Origin: Octopus sinensis
Taxonomy: Eukaryota
NCBI RefSeq assembly: GCF_006345805.1
Contig: NC_042998.1
Span: forward strand, 56,606,001-56,670,000
Direction of reading: 5' to 3'
DNA length: 64,000 nucleotides
Positions 1 through 11,780 of this stretch are shown in pieces. The translations under genes and the position numbers were made by a program. The number at the start of each line of letters is the position of its first letter. The first letter of the stretch is position 1. The notes beneath the pieces are model-generated. The model did no database searches, had not been told where the DNA came from, and saw nothing but the letters and a program-made list of their open reading frames with translations.

Positions 1-496
1 CAGTTAAAAAAAAAATCTCTTACTTAATCCCCATGTTGAAACAAGGTATGAAGACATTGCCTTGTTCTCTACCACTTAGTCTTCACTAAAATTACTCCCA
101 GTTATGACTTTCAATCTTTCAAGTGTGATGATAAATGCAGCCAGTATACCCAAAGTGATTGGTAAACAGACAACAGAGTAGAGAGGACACAATAATTTCT
201 CTATTGTTGTTATCACAAAATGTATCAAGTACTCCACAGAGTGGTTGGTGTTAGGAAGGGCACCAAATCATGCCAAAAATGGTGCATATGAGTGACTTCT
301 CACCCATGCAGTAATGCCAAATAAAAACTCAATCATACAATTTATTCAACCCAATAACATGGAAGCCTAAGACTGGCTGTCCCTGAGAGACTATTTGCTA
401 TAATTGGTTTTTATTACAGAATGTGCTGAGTTACATGAGTTATTAAATGGAGTACAGAAAACCCAGTTGCCATGCTGAAGGTACTCTTGCTCAACA

Positions 497-615
497 TATC
501 ATCATCATCATCATTGTTCGACCATGGTCGAGACAATGGAATTTACCAAGCTACGCCAGAATTCACGGTCCATCATGGCATTACGGAGGTCCTGTTGCTG
601 GACTTAACATATAGG
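497..615 (-). mobile_element. 3' end of a different RTE-type LINE
   Basis: Minus-strand translation QQQDLRNAMMDREFWRSLVNSIVSTMVEQ* followed by (GAT)n. Confidence 0.65.
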
Positions 616-2137
616 ACTTAAGCTAAAGCAGCAAGCTGGCAGAACCTTTACTGTATTGAGGAAAATGCTTAGCACCGTTCCAGTCTTTACGTTCTGAGTT
701 CAAATGCCAAAATTTGAAACCAATATGTAGGATGTAAGCAAAAACACAATATACTCTGTGCAAATAACAGAACAATGTGGGATTTTAAATGCATTAAATA
801 TATGAAACTAGTTGGATGAATAATGTCTAGAGTGCTCAGATAGCTCATCAAAATCGAGCACATCACTAGATTATCAGTTGAATTTAATGCATATAAGAAG
901 AGGTAAAGGTAAAATAAAATGAAATACTGGAATTTGTTTTTGAAGACAACTAGAGAATTAAATACGTTAACTAAATGAAAAACTCACACACATACATGAA
1001 TACACAATAGCATATATGATAAAAATTTGCAATATAAATTCTTACCAGAACTGGATGTTGACCTATTTCTTTCTCTTAACTAGTAACAGGTAACTAACTG
1101 TTCTAAGCAAACATTAACTATACTATATCCCCCCAGTCAAAGAAATTCTGCTAAAATATGAAGTATTCTGCCAATCAAGGTTTTCAGTTTAATTGTATTT
1201 AGCATAATTTCACTTACTTCTGATTAGATTTTATTAAATTTTCGATAAATAAAAATAATTTCTGTTTAACAGCTATCATATTGCAAGCTATTAAATTACA
1301 AAATGTTTGTGTTGTTTATAATAAACTTTATTATACATTTCTCACCCATGAGATTATGTCCGATCTTTAGCATACTGCTGTATGTCTTCTCAAATCATGG
1401 TCACAGGAAAAGTTGTTGATAAGAATTACTAAGCTGATAAATATGCACAGGTGTTGCAAATTAAGTTTAATCACCAATAAATATCAGCTTGGATAACACT
1501 TTAGTCAACTGAGAAGAAGGTGACAGATCAAACTGATTATGGAAACAATGCTTTTCTGCCTATTCTTGTTGGAACCTTTGATATGGAGTATCGAAATGTT
1601 AATCCCTTTCACACTTATAATAAAATGTTAAGCAAACTCCAAGCAATGTAAAATATAGTTCGGACCTTGTTTACCAGCATGAATGTCAGACTTCAAAGAA
1701 TAGTTAACCATTTAACAGTTTTAGTAAATTTATACAGAAAAAGTAAGCATTGTACTGTCTAGCATAAATAAAAATCAACCTCATCATAATTAAGGCATTA
1801 TTTTTTCTGTAAAAACCTATTCTGACATGAAATGAATCAACTTCTGGCACGAATGTTTACACTTTTGTACATTGTTTGCCAACAAAAAAAAATTCTGGAA
1901 ATGATCTACTGATGTAATTTACGCACCCACTAAAGTTTATTTTCATTTTTGTGAAAAAAGTATGTAAATTACATTGGTTTTTACGGTAATACAAAAAATT
2001 AAAAAATAAGATTCTCAAAGTGACTGAAGTAGAGTAGCTAAAACAGAAATGGTCTGAGGAAAACAGGGAGTGAACCTACATCAAAATATGAAAACATACA
2101 ACCAGAGACAGTAGTGGCCATTGGATTAATAACTTAC

Positions 2138-2244
2138 TTAGATTGAGTTTCTTGACTTTCTTTCTTCAGTGTGACAAGTGCCACTTTTCCTTCTTTTACT
2201 TTTGATACCATATCCTTAACATGGTCCTTTAACATTTCTTCATT
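2138..2244 (-). CDS. TACC: TACC-domain exon (NEEMLKDHVKDMVSKVKEGKVALVTLKKESQETQS)
   Basis: Acceptor ttttaattag|AAT and donor AA|GTAAGT; begins NEE-LK as in TACC proteins; exits in phase 2. Confidence 0.88.
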
Positions 2245-2330
2245 CTAATTAAAAAACAAAACAAAAACAACCCATTCAGTGACAATTTAATACAGTTAAA
2301 TTGTTGGGGGGAGAGGAAATACAAATGAAC

Positions 2331-2363
<33 letters not shown>

Positions 2364-5300
2364 ACTGACCTTTTTCAAGCTTTCTATTATTGTCTTTGCT
2401 TTTTCAAAACGTCGATGTAAATCTGAATAAGCTTTTTGAACTGTCTGCAATTCATCTTGGATCTGAAAAGATTGCAATGCAATCAAAATTATCAATTTAA
2501 GCAATCATTTAAAAATTATCAATATAATGGACAGGAATGTGTACAACAAATATCAATGGAATATCAACAGGCTTTGTAGTTTACTTCCAACGAAGACATG
2601 TACAGGTTCGACCTAGCTTTGGTCTATTGTGTCAGAACATAAAATACAATTTACACAGATAATTGATTGAAAATACCTTTCAGTTCTACTTTATGACTAT
2701 GGCTGTAAAAGACAAATGTAACAGAAATAGCCAATGTCCAAATTTTCAGAAATCATCTACCTGTGCATATAATTCAATACATGTAAGTTAAACTTAGACC
2801 CAAGAGGTCTTAAGGTAAACTAAGCAAAGAAGACAGAGCACTGGAATCTTCAGGGCAATGGTCTTGCTTGAAACACAGAAAAGAAATAGGTATAAACTTC
2901 ATAAGCTGTACCCAATATGTAAGTAATGGACACACAGACTAACAGAAAGTATGCCTTACATGTATGTAGGTGACAGATGCAATGGAGCAATATTAACTAT
3001 GAAAATACTGGACATAGATTCTCTTAAATACCTGGATGGCTCACTGGAAGTATTTGATAGCTTTTGTAACCTTAGAAATGTAATTAGGTGCGGAAATTTA
3101 ATGTGCAATATGATAAATAAGGACAAACTTCCTTAAGCATATTAAGCTGCAATAAAAAAAAAACACTCCAAAGAAACAATGTGAAATAATGATAGTCATA
3201 CCTGGAACAACTAATCATAGATATGCTCAATCGGGAATCAAACAAGTTAATATTGATCCAACAGTATTCGGACTTGGAAACATGAAAGCAACTTGGCACG
3301 TAAAATGCACCTTCCGAATGTGGCTGATGCCAGCGCCGCCTTGACTGGCTTCCGTGCCAGTGGCACGTAAAAAGCACCCACTACACTCATGGAGTGGTTG
3401 GCGTTAGGAAGGGCATCCAGCTGTAGAAACACTGCCAGATCAGACTGGAGCCTGGTGCAGCCTTCTAGCTTCCCAGATCCCCGGTCGAACCATCCAACCC
3501 ATGCTTGCATGGAGAACGGACGTTAGATGATGATGATGATGATGAAGCACACACGAAGCTACAAACAGCATGTAAATATTTTGTTGAAAATCCCTTTTGG
3601 ATATGAAGTTTGTAAAATTCTTATGGTGATATATATATATATATATACTGCAACACTAACTTCAGGAAACCAACAAGCCACCTGGTCACCTACCGATCGG
3701 GCCGGCATACTAGCCAAATCGACTACATCCTTGCCAGAAAAAGGGAAAGATGGCTGCTTAAAAATGCCAAAACCTTCCCAGGCGAAGAATGCACCCCACA
3801 ACATAGACTGGTAGTTAGTGACTTTAGGATCAGGACTAAGAGGGCGACTAGAAGACGACCAACATGGAGAAGAAGGGTCTGGAAGCTTAAAGCCCCTGCG
3901 AATGGACAGAGATTTAGAGATATGTTACTTGAAGCCTTTGACGAAGTGGAAGGGGGTATAGCTACACATGGGGTAGAAGACAACTGGACGTTTCTGAGGG
4001 ACAACCTGCTGAAAGCCGCTGACCAGATCTGTGGCTGGTGCAAAGTCCCCTTAAGACCCAAAATAACGTGGTGGTGGAACAATATTGTTGACAGGGCTAT
4101 TAGACAAAAGAAACAGGCTTGGAAGGCCTGGAAGAACGGTGGTAGCAGGGAAGGGTATCAGACTGCCAGAAGGGAAGCTAGGAGACAGGTCTATCTAGCC
4201 AGAGGGGAAGCAGATAAGAGAAAATTTGCCAATGTCCTGCGCCGTGAGGATGAAAGACTTGAGGTATTTCGTGTTGCAAGACAGTGTGTGAGAGAGAATC
4301 GTGATGTGGTAGGAGAGAAATGTGTTCGCATGGAGGATGGTTCACTTGCGCTAAATGAGGATGCAAAGAGAGAAGCTTGGAGACGCCACTATGAAAGGTT
4401 ACTGAATGAGGAAAATGAATGGGATAAAGAGAGTCTGCCGAATGTTGACCCTACAGAGGGACCAGCTATCCGAGTTGATAGTTCCGTGGTAGCTAAGGCA
4501 ATTAGAAGCATGAAGACAGGGAAAGCCCCAGGCCCATCAGGAATTACTGCAGAGATGCTCAAAATATCTGGCAGTGTCGGCTATAACCTAGTCACCCGTA
4601 TAGTCAACCAGGTGATACACGAAGGAGTCATACCCAATGACTGGTGCAGCAGCATACTAGTCAACTGCTACAAAGGTAAAGGTGATGCCCTAGATACAAA
4701 TAATTACAGAGGTATCAAGCTGTTGGATCAAGTAATGAAGGTTACGGAGAGGGTCATAGCCCAACTAATCAGAGAGAGAGTTAGTTTAGATGAGATGCAG
4801 TTTGGGTTCGTGCCAGGAAAAAGTACCACTGATGCTATATTCCTGGTAAGGCAGCTGCAGGAGAAATACCTAGCCAAAGATAAGCCCCTGTACCTGGCTT
4901 TCGTTGACATGGAGAAAGCTTTTGATAGGGTCCCCCGATCCCTTATCTGGTGGTCAATGAGGAAACTAGGGATAGATGAATGGCTGGTGAGGACTGTGCA
5001 AGCCATGTACAGAGATGCCGTAAGTAAGGTTAGGGTTGGCAACATGTACACAGAAGAATTCAAAGTAGAGGTTGGGGTCCACCAGGGTTCAGTACTCAGC
5101 CCCCTCCTATTTATCATAGTACTCCAGGCAATTACGGAGGAATTCAAGACAGGCTGTCCCTGGGAGCTCCTCTACGCTGACGACCTTGCTCTTATTGCTG
5201 AGTCACTATCAGAACTGGAGGAGAAGTTCCAGGTGTGGAAGGAGGGTTTAGAATCAAGGGGCCTTAGAGTCAACCTAGCTAAAACCAAAGTACTAATAAG

Positions 5301-7120
5301 TAGAAAGGTAGACAATCCACAAATATCTTCAGGAAGATGGCCCTGCTCGATCTGTAGAAAAGGTGTAGGTAGAAACTCTATAAGATGTACCCAGTGTAAG
5401 CTATGGACACATAAGAGGTGCAGCAATGTCAAAGGTAGGCTAACTGGGAAGATAGTTTTTGTATGTGGCAGATGCTCGGGAGCATTAACCTCCGAAAATC
5501 TGCAGAAAACAACTTCCGTCACTTTCCAGGGGGAAAAACTAGAAGTAGTTGATAGCTTCCGTTATCTAGGTGACCAAGTCAGTAGTGGGGGTGGGTGCGC
5601 TGAAAGTGTAACTGCTAGAATAAGAATAGCCTGGGCAAAGTTTAGGGAGCTCTTACCTCTGCTGGTGACTAAAGGCCTCTCGCTCAGAGTAAAAGGCAGA
5701 CTGTATGATGCGTGTGTACGAACAGCCATGCTACATGGCAGCGAAACATGGGCTGTGACTGCTGAGGACATGCGTAAGCTCGTGAGGAATGAAGCCAGTA
5801 TGCTCCGATGGATGTGTAATGTCAGTGTACATACTCGACAGAGCGTTAGCACCTTGAGAGAAATGTTGTACCTAAGAAGCATCAGTTGTGGTGTGCAAGA
5901 GAGACGATTGCGCTGGTATGGTCATATGGCGAGAATGGATGAAGATAGGTGTGTGAGAAAGTGCCAATCCCTAGCAGTTGAGGGAACCCGTGGAAGAGGT
6001 AGACCCAGGAAAACCTGGGACGAGGTGGTGAAGCACGACCTTCGAACTTTAGGCCTCACTGAGGAAATGACCAGAGACCGAGACCTTTGGAAATATTCTG
6101 TACGTGAGAAGACCAGGCAGGACAAGTGAGCCCAGCCCACTTATGAATGCCTTTCCTCCCTTGGACACAAAGACCGGTTGAGGCAAGCGAAGTCGATATA
6201 GAACCTCATCCGACGACAGACACCCATCCCAACCCCCCATGCTTGCGAAGACATGTTGGGGCAAGCGAAATTGAAACCGAATTGAACCAGCCAGGATCCC
6301 TGGCCTGGTGGTACGTAAAAAGCACTATCCGACTCGGGGCCGTGGCACGTAAAATACTCCAATGCGACCGTACGACAGGCACCCATGCCAACCCCCTTTG
6401 CTTGTGAAGACATGTTGGGGCAAGCGAAATCGAAATCGAATTGAACCAGCCAGGATCCCTGGTCTGGTGGTACGTAAAAAGCACTATCCGACTCGTGGCC
6501 GTGGCACGTAAAATACTCCAATGCGACCGTACGACAGGCACCCTTGCCAACCCCCTTTGCTTGTGAAGACATGTTGGGGCAAGCGAAATCGAAATCGAAT
6601 TGAACCAGCCAGGATCCCTGGTCTGGTGGTACGTAAAAAGCACTATCCGACTCGTGGCCGATGCCAGCACCGCCTCGACTGGCTTCCGTGCCGGTGGCAC
6701 ATAAAATACACCAATCTGACCGTGGCCGTTGCCAGCCCCGCCTGGCACCTGTGCAGGTGGCACGTAAAAAGCACCCACTACACTCACGGAGTGGTTGGCG
6801 TTAGGAAGGGCATCCAGCTGTAGAAACATTGCCAAATTAGACTGGAGCCTGGTGCAGCCTTCTGGCTTCCCAGAACCCCGGTCGAACCGTCCAACCCATG
6901 CTAGCATGGAGAACGGACGTTAAACGACGATGATGATGATGATGATATATAAATAAAATTAATCCAAACATGAAAACGCAAAGAGAAAACACAACAACGC
7001 GAGGAGGTGGAACAAGTATAGTGTTATTGGATGCTCAGGAAAGGAGGGTTTAACGTTTCGAGCGGAGCTCTTCGTCAGAAACATAGGAAAAGGAAAAATC
7101 CAAAGAAGGGAAGACGGAGG

Positions 7121-7152
<32 letters not shown>

Positions 7153-8364
7153 CGCCAATGGTACAGACACGGTCACATGCTGACATATGAGGTGCATTAG
7201 AATTGGCTCTCTCTCTCTCCAAGCAACCAAGAAATAGAAATACAAAATAAGATATATATGGCAAGGAATCAATGAACAGACACTCACAAGATCAACTTCC
7301 TTCTTACTTCCATCAATACCCTTTGTATAGTCATCTGCACGTTTCTGTTTTTCAGCTGGAATTGAAAATGAAAATGGATTAATCTGTGAAATAAACAATG
7401 ACTATATAAGTGTGGAAATGATAACTGCAAGAGGAGAGATAGGGATTGTTGTGATGTTGGAGCTCTGCCAGGGAATGCCAGATGATTGGGCACTAAGTGT
7501 GATGGTACTGATCTTCAAGGGGAAGGGGCATGCAATGAGTTGCGGGGTGTATAGGGGAGTGAAGTTATTGGAGCATGCAATGAAGATAGTGGAAAGGGCG
7601 TTGGAGTGGAGAATTCAGAAGTGGGTGGATGAGATGCAATTCGGTTTTATGCCAGGAAAGGAGATAATAGATGCAGTGTTCATTGTAAAGGGATTGCAAG
7701 AGGAATACCGAGATAAAAAGTTGTACATGTGCTTCGTTGATCTGGAGAAGGCATTTGATAGGGTTCCAAAGAAGGCGATTGAGTGGGCATTGAGGAAGAG
7801 AGGTGTACTGGCGGTAATAGTGAAGGCAGTGATGACTTTGTTGTATGAAGGGGTAAAGACGAGAGTTAGAATTGAATCAGAGTTGTTGGAGGAGTTTGCA
7901 GCGAAAGCTGGTGTGCATCAGGGATCTGTGTTGTTACTGTTGTAGTTTGCAATAGTGGCTGATGTGGTGACAGAGAGTGCAAAAGAGGGACTGCTAATGG
8001 AGATACTGTGTGCTGATGACCTTATTCTGATGAGTGAGACGATGGAGGGATTAAGGGAGAAATTTTGGAAATGGAAGGAGGCATTTGAAGGTAAACCTCA
8101 GGAAGACAAAGGTGATGGTGAGCAGGGTGGAAGAAGTGTTAGTAAGAAGATTCTTTTTCTTTAAATTCTTGTATATTATTAAAAAGATATATATATATAT
8201 AGGTGCAGGAGTGGCTGTGTGGTAAGTAGCTTGCTTACCAACCACATGGTTCCGGGTTCAGTCCCACTGCGTGACACCTTGGGCAAGTGTCTTCTACTAT
8301 AGCCTCGGGCTGATCAAAGCCTTGTGAGTGGATTTGGTAGACGGAAACTGAAAGAAGCCCGTCG

Positions 8365-8397
<33 letters not shown>

Positions 8398-11288
8398 TTG
8401 TCCCCCTAGCATCGCTTGACAACCGATGCTGGTGTGTGTTTGTTCCCCTAGCATTGCTTGACAACCGATGCTGGTGTGTTTACGTCCCCGTAACTTAGCA
8501 GTTCAGCAAAAGAGACCGATAGAATAAGTACTGGGCTTACAAAGAATAAGTCCCAGGGTCGATTTGCTCAACTAAAAAGGTGGTGCTCCAGCATGGCCAC
8601 AGTCAAATGACTGAAACAAGTAAAAGAGTATATATATATCTTTAGTGATTAGAAATTACAAATCATAGATACATACACACAATAGTATATGTGATACATA
8701 CCAGCTAGATGGTCCATCAAGACAGTATATTCATCCAAGACTTTCCTGGAGAAAAACAAAAAGGCAAATGTATCAGGAATTTAAAACTAATTCCATAATA
8801 TAAAAATCTCAAAACTAATTTGCATAAACAGTTCAAAATATCAACAGAGCAGTCAATTCCAATGAATCAGTGACAAGTACAAGCAGTCCTATATGACAAG
8901 GCTGCATCCTCCAATTGTGGGTACAATCCATCTGGTTTAGGCCACAAACCAGTGGTTAACAGTGCAGCTCCATTATTTAATAGGCCCTATGCCTCATGAT
9001 ACACACCCAAAGACTGGCACCTTGTATGGTAAAAGATTATTGTTGGTAAAAAGCACTCTTTGAAGAATTATGTGGGTTAGCTGAATACCAGGAGAAATAT
9101 TGTAAAGAGCAAGTGAACAGCATGAGCAATAGGCATCACATCAAATAACAAAGAGTAAGTTTTACACTGCTTCTCTATGGTTACTATGGTAATTAACTTC
9201 TAAAGAAAGATAGACTCTTTATTAGATGGAATTTTATCTCTAAAAGTGTAAGACAATATTCACAGGAACCTGACCATCACACAAACATTGGTCAAGTACA
9301 ATTACTATGCAATTTGTTGGAGATCAATAATCTTTTCTGGGAGCTAGGTTCATAAGATATCAAACATTTTCACTACATATGGAGTTGTAAGTAACCATTA
9401 TATCTACATCAAGAAAGGCACAAAATATTGATATAATTGTTGCAAATCATATTTGGACATCACAAGTACATCAACATCAAAATCAATGGAAATTGTAGTT
9501 GTGATCCCTGTGCCGGTGACACGTAAAAAGCACCATCTGAATGTGACCGATGCCATTGCCACCGTCACTGGCTTCCGTGACGGTGGCACGTAAAAAGCAC
9601 CAACCAGCCATGGCCGTCGCCAGCCTCACCTGGCACGTAAAAAGCACCCACTACACTCACGGAGTGGTTGGTGTTAGGAAGGGCATCCAGTTGTAGAAAC
9701 ACTGCCAAATCAGACTGGAGCCTGGTGCAGCCTTCTGGCTTCCCAGACCCCGGTCGAACAGTCCAATCCATGCTAGCATGGAAAATGGACGTTAAACGAA
9801 CGATGATGAACCATAAGACATCAATTGTATTGTATTAGCAGAATGCAGTGAGTCTTAAGTGTTGCATGTCAGACTTTGAGAAACTGACACTAAATTAAAT
9901 ATTCCTTTACGTCAGAGTAATTATTCCTGGAATTACCTTTGATCATAGGTCTGCTCAATCAAGCATGCAGTGGAGCTTAATTACTCTTAATAGCAAGTAG
10001 ATTCTTAAGCAATTTTACTTACTTCATTTCATTAAGCTTTTCTTGACCAGCTTTCTTCTCAGTTTGCAGTTGCAACAGGTCTTTTTTCCTTTGTTCCATT
10101 TCAACATCCTTTTCATTCAAAGCCTTCTGGTGTTCCTCAGTTAATTCAGACATTTTATGAGTAAGTTCCTTGCTAGCAGACATCAAACGGTTTTGATATT
10201 CCAACTCAATATTCTGTTTCATTTTCAGCCAGTCTTCTTCTGTGTATTTTAATACCTATTGGATTACCAAAAGTACAAACTATTTCAGATGGCCACAGAC
10301 ATTTTAAAAACATCTATATGTATAAGGATATTCTTTGAGTGACTTGAATCAGAAAATTTTTGGTTGAATCTGCAACTTGTAAAGTCTTTAATAAAAATTT
10401 TAAAAATTATCACTTTTCTTCACCTAATATAAAGGTGTCCCCCTCACTAATGTAGTCTTGTGAGCTATATGACAACCTCACTAGTGATGCTACACACACA
10501 AAAAAACAAAAACAAAAAAAAACTCCAAAAAACATCCAGTGTACACTAAATGGTTGGTGTTAGGAAGGGTATCTAGCTATTGAAACCATGTCAAAGAAGA
10601 ATTGGAGCATAGCAGTCTTGTGACCAATCTGATTCTGTCAAATTATCTAACCCATTCCAACATGGAATATTGACATAAAAAGATTTACAACTAATAGGAT
10701 AAGTCAAACAAGTTTACAGGACATAAGTTTTGATCAGGCTTTTCATAAAGAGTTACCTTTATTACAACTACTATTACATTAAAATTTTATGCTTAAACTT
10801 GGTAATAATAGTATACAAGATGTCTGGCAGCTTGATAGTTTCATATGAAGATCAGTTGAAAAAATAAGGGTCAGTAATACAAAGGGCATCTAGCTTTGAA
10901 TATTTTCTTAAATCTTGTCCAACACATGCCATCATGGGAAAAGTGAATATAAATGATTATATATCATCACTGAAGTTCACTTTCCCATGACTGCTTGGGT
11001 TTAACAGAATTTGAGGCAGATTTTTAATGGTCAGATGCCCTCCCTGTTGCCAACTCTAACCCGTTTCCAAGCAATGTAATATTTCCCCATGACCAGACAC
11101 GTTTTCCACAGAAGACAAGAAATGAACAGTATCACTTGTATGATGGTGATCCTTGTTTACAATCGTTTCCTTATGGCAAGACAAAGGCACACACAAACAC
11201 AATGGGCTTCTTCCAGTTTTGATCAACCAAATCCACTCACTATGCTTGGGATTATAGAAGACACTAGCCGAAAGCAATATGCCTGCAC

Positions 11289-11326
<38 letters not shown>

Positions 11327-11489
11327 CGCAGGAGTGGCTGTGTAGTAAGTCACTTGTTTACCAACCACATGGTTCTGGGTTCAGTCCCACTGAGTGGCAC
11401 CTTGGGCAAGTGTCTTCTACTATAGCCTCAGGCCGACCAAAGCCTTGTGAGTGGATTTGGTAGACGGAAACTGAAAGAAGCCCATCGTA

Positions 11490-11529
<40 letters not shown>

Positions 11530-11745
11530 CGTGTATGTTTGTGTGTCTGTGTTTGTCCCCCTAGCATTGCTTGACAACCAATGCTGGAGTGTTTATGTCC
11601 CTGTTACTTAGCGATTCGGCAAAAGAGACCGATAGAATAAGTACTGGGCTTACAAAAGAATAAGTCCCGGGGTCGAGTTGCTTGATTAAAGGCGGTGCTC
11701 CAGCATGGCCGCAGTCAAATGACTGAAACAAGTAAAAGAGTAAAG

Positions 11746-11780
<35 letters not shown>

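Noticed and set aside
1046-1062. 17-nt AG...GTAAG micro-exon candidate downstream of the last TACC exon
   Set aside because: The acceptor is purine-rich and the peptide (KSTSSS) does not resemble TACC; no support.
6225-6662. CRISPR-like appearance of regularly spaced repeats (also the 72-bp array)
   Set aside because: Units are wholly repeated with no unique spacers, the context is eukaryotic and there are no cas genes.
6141-6907. 143-233 aa ORFs over the RTE 3' UTR
   Set aside because: Open only because of the 159-bp (53-codon) tandem period; no protein features.
8200-8290. tRNA genes suggested by A/B boxes
   Set aside because: All are heads of multi-copy SINEs; no complete cloverleaf could be drawn.
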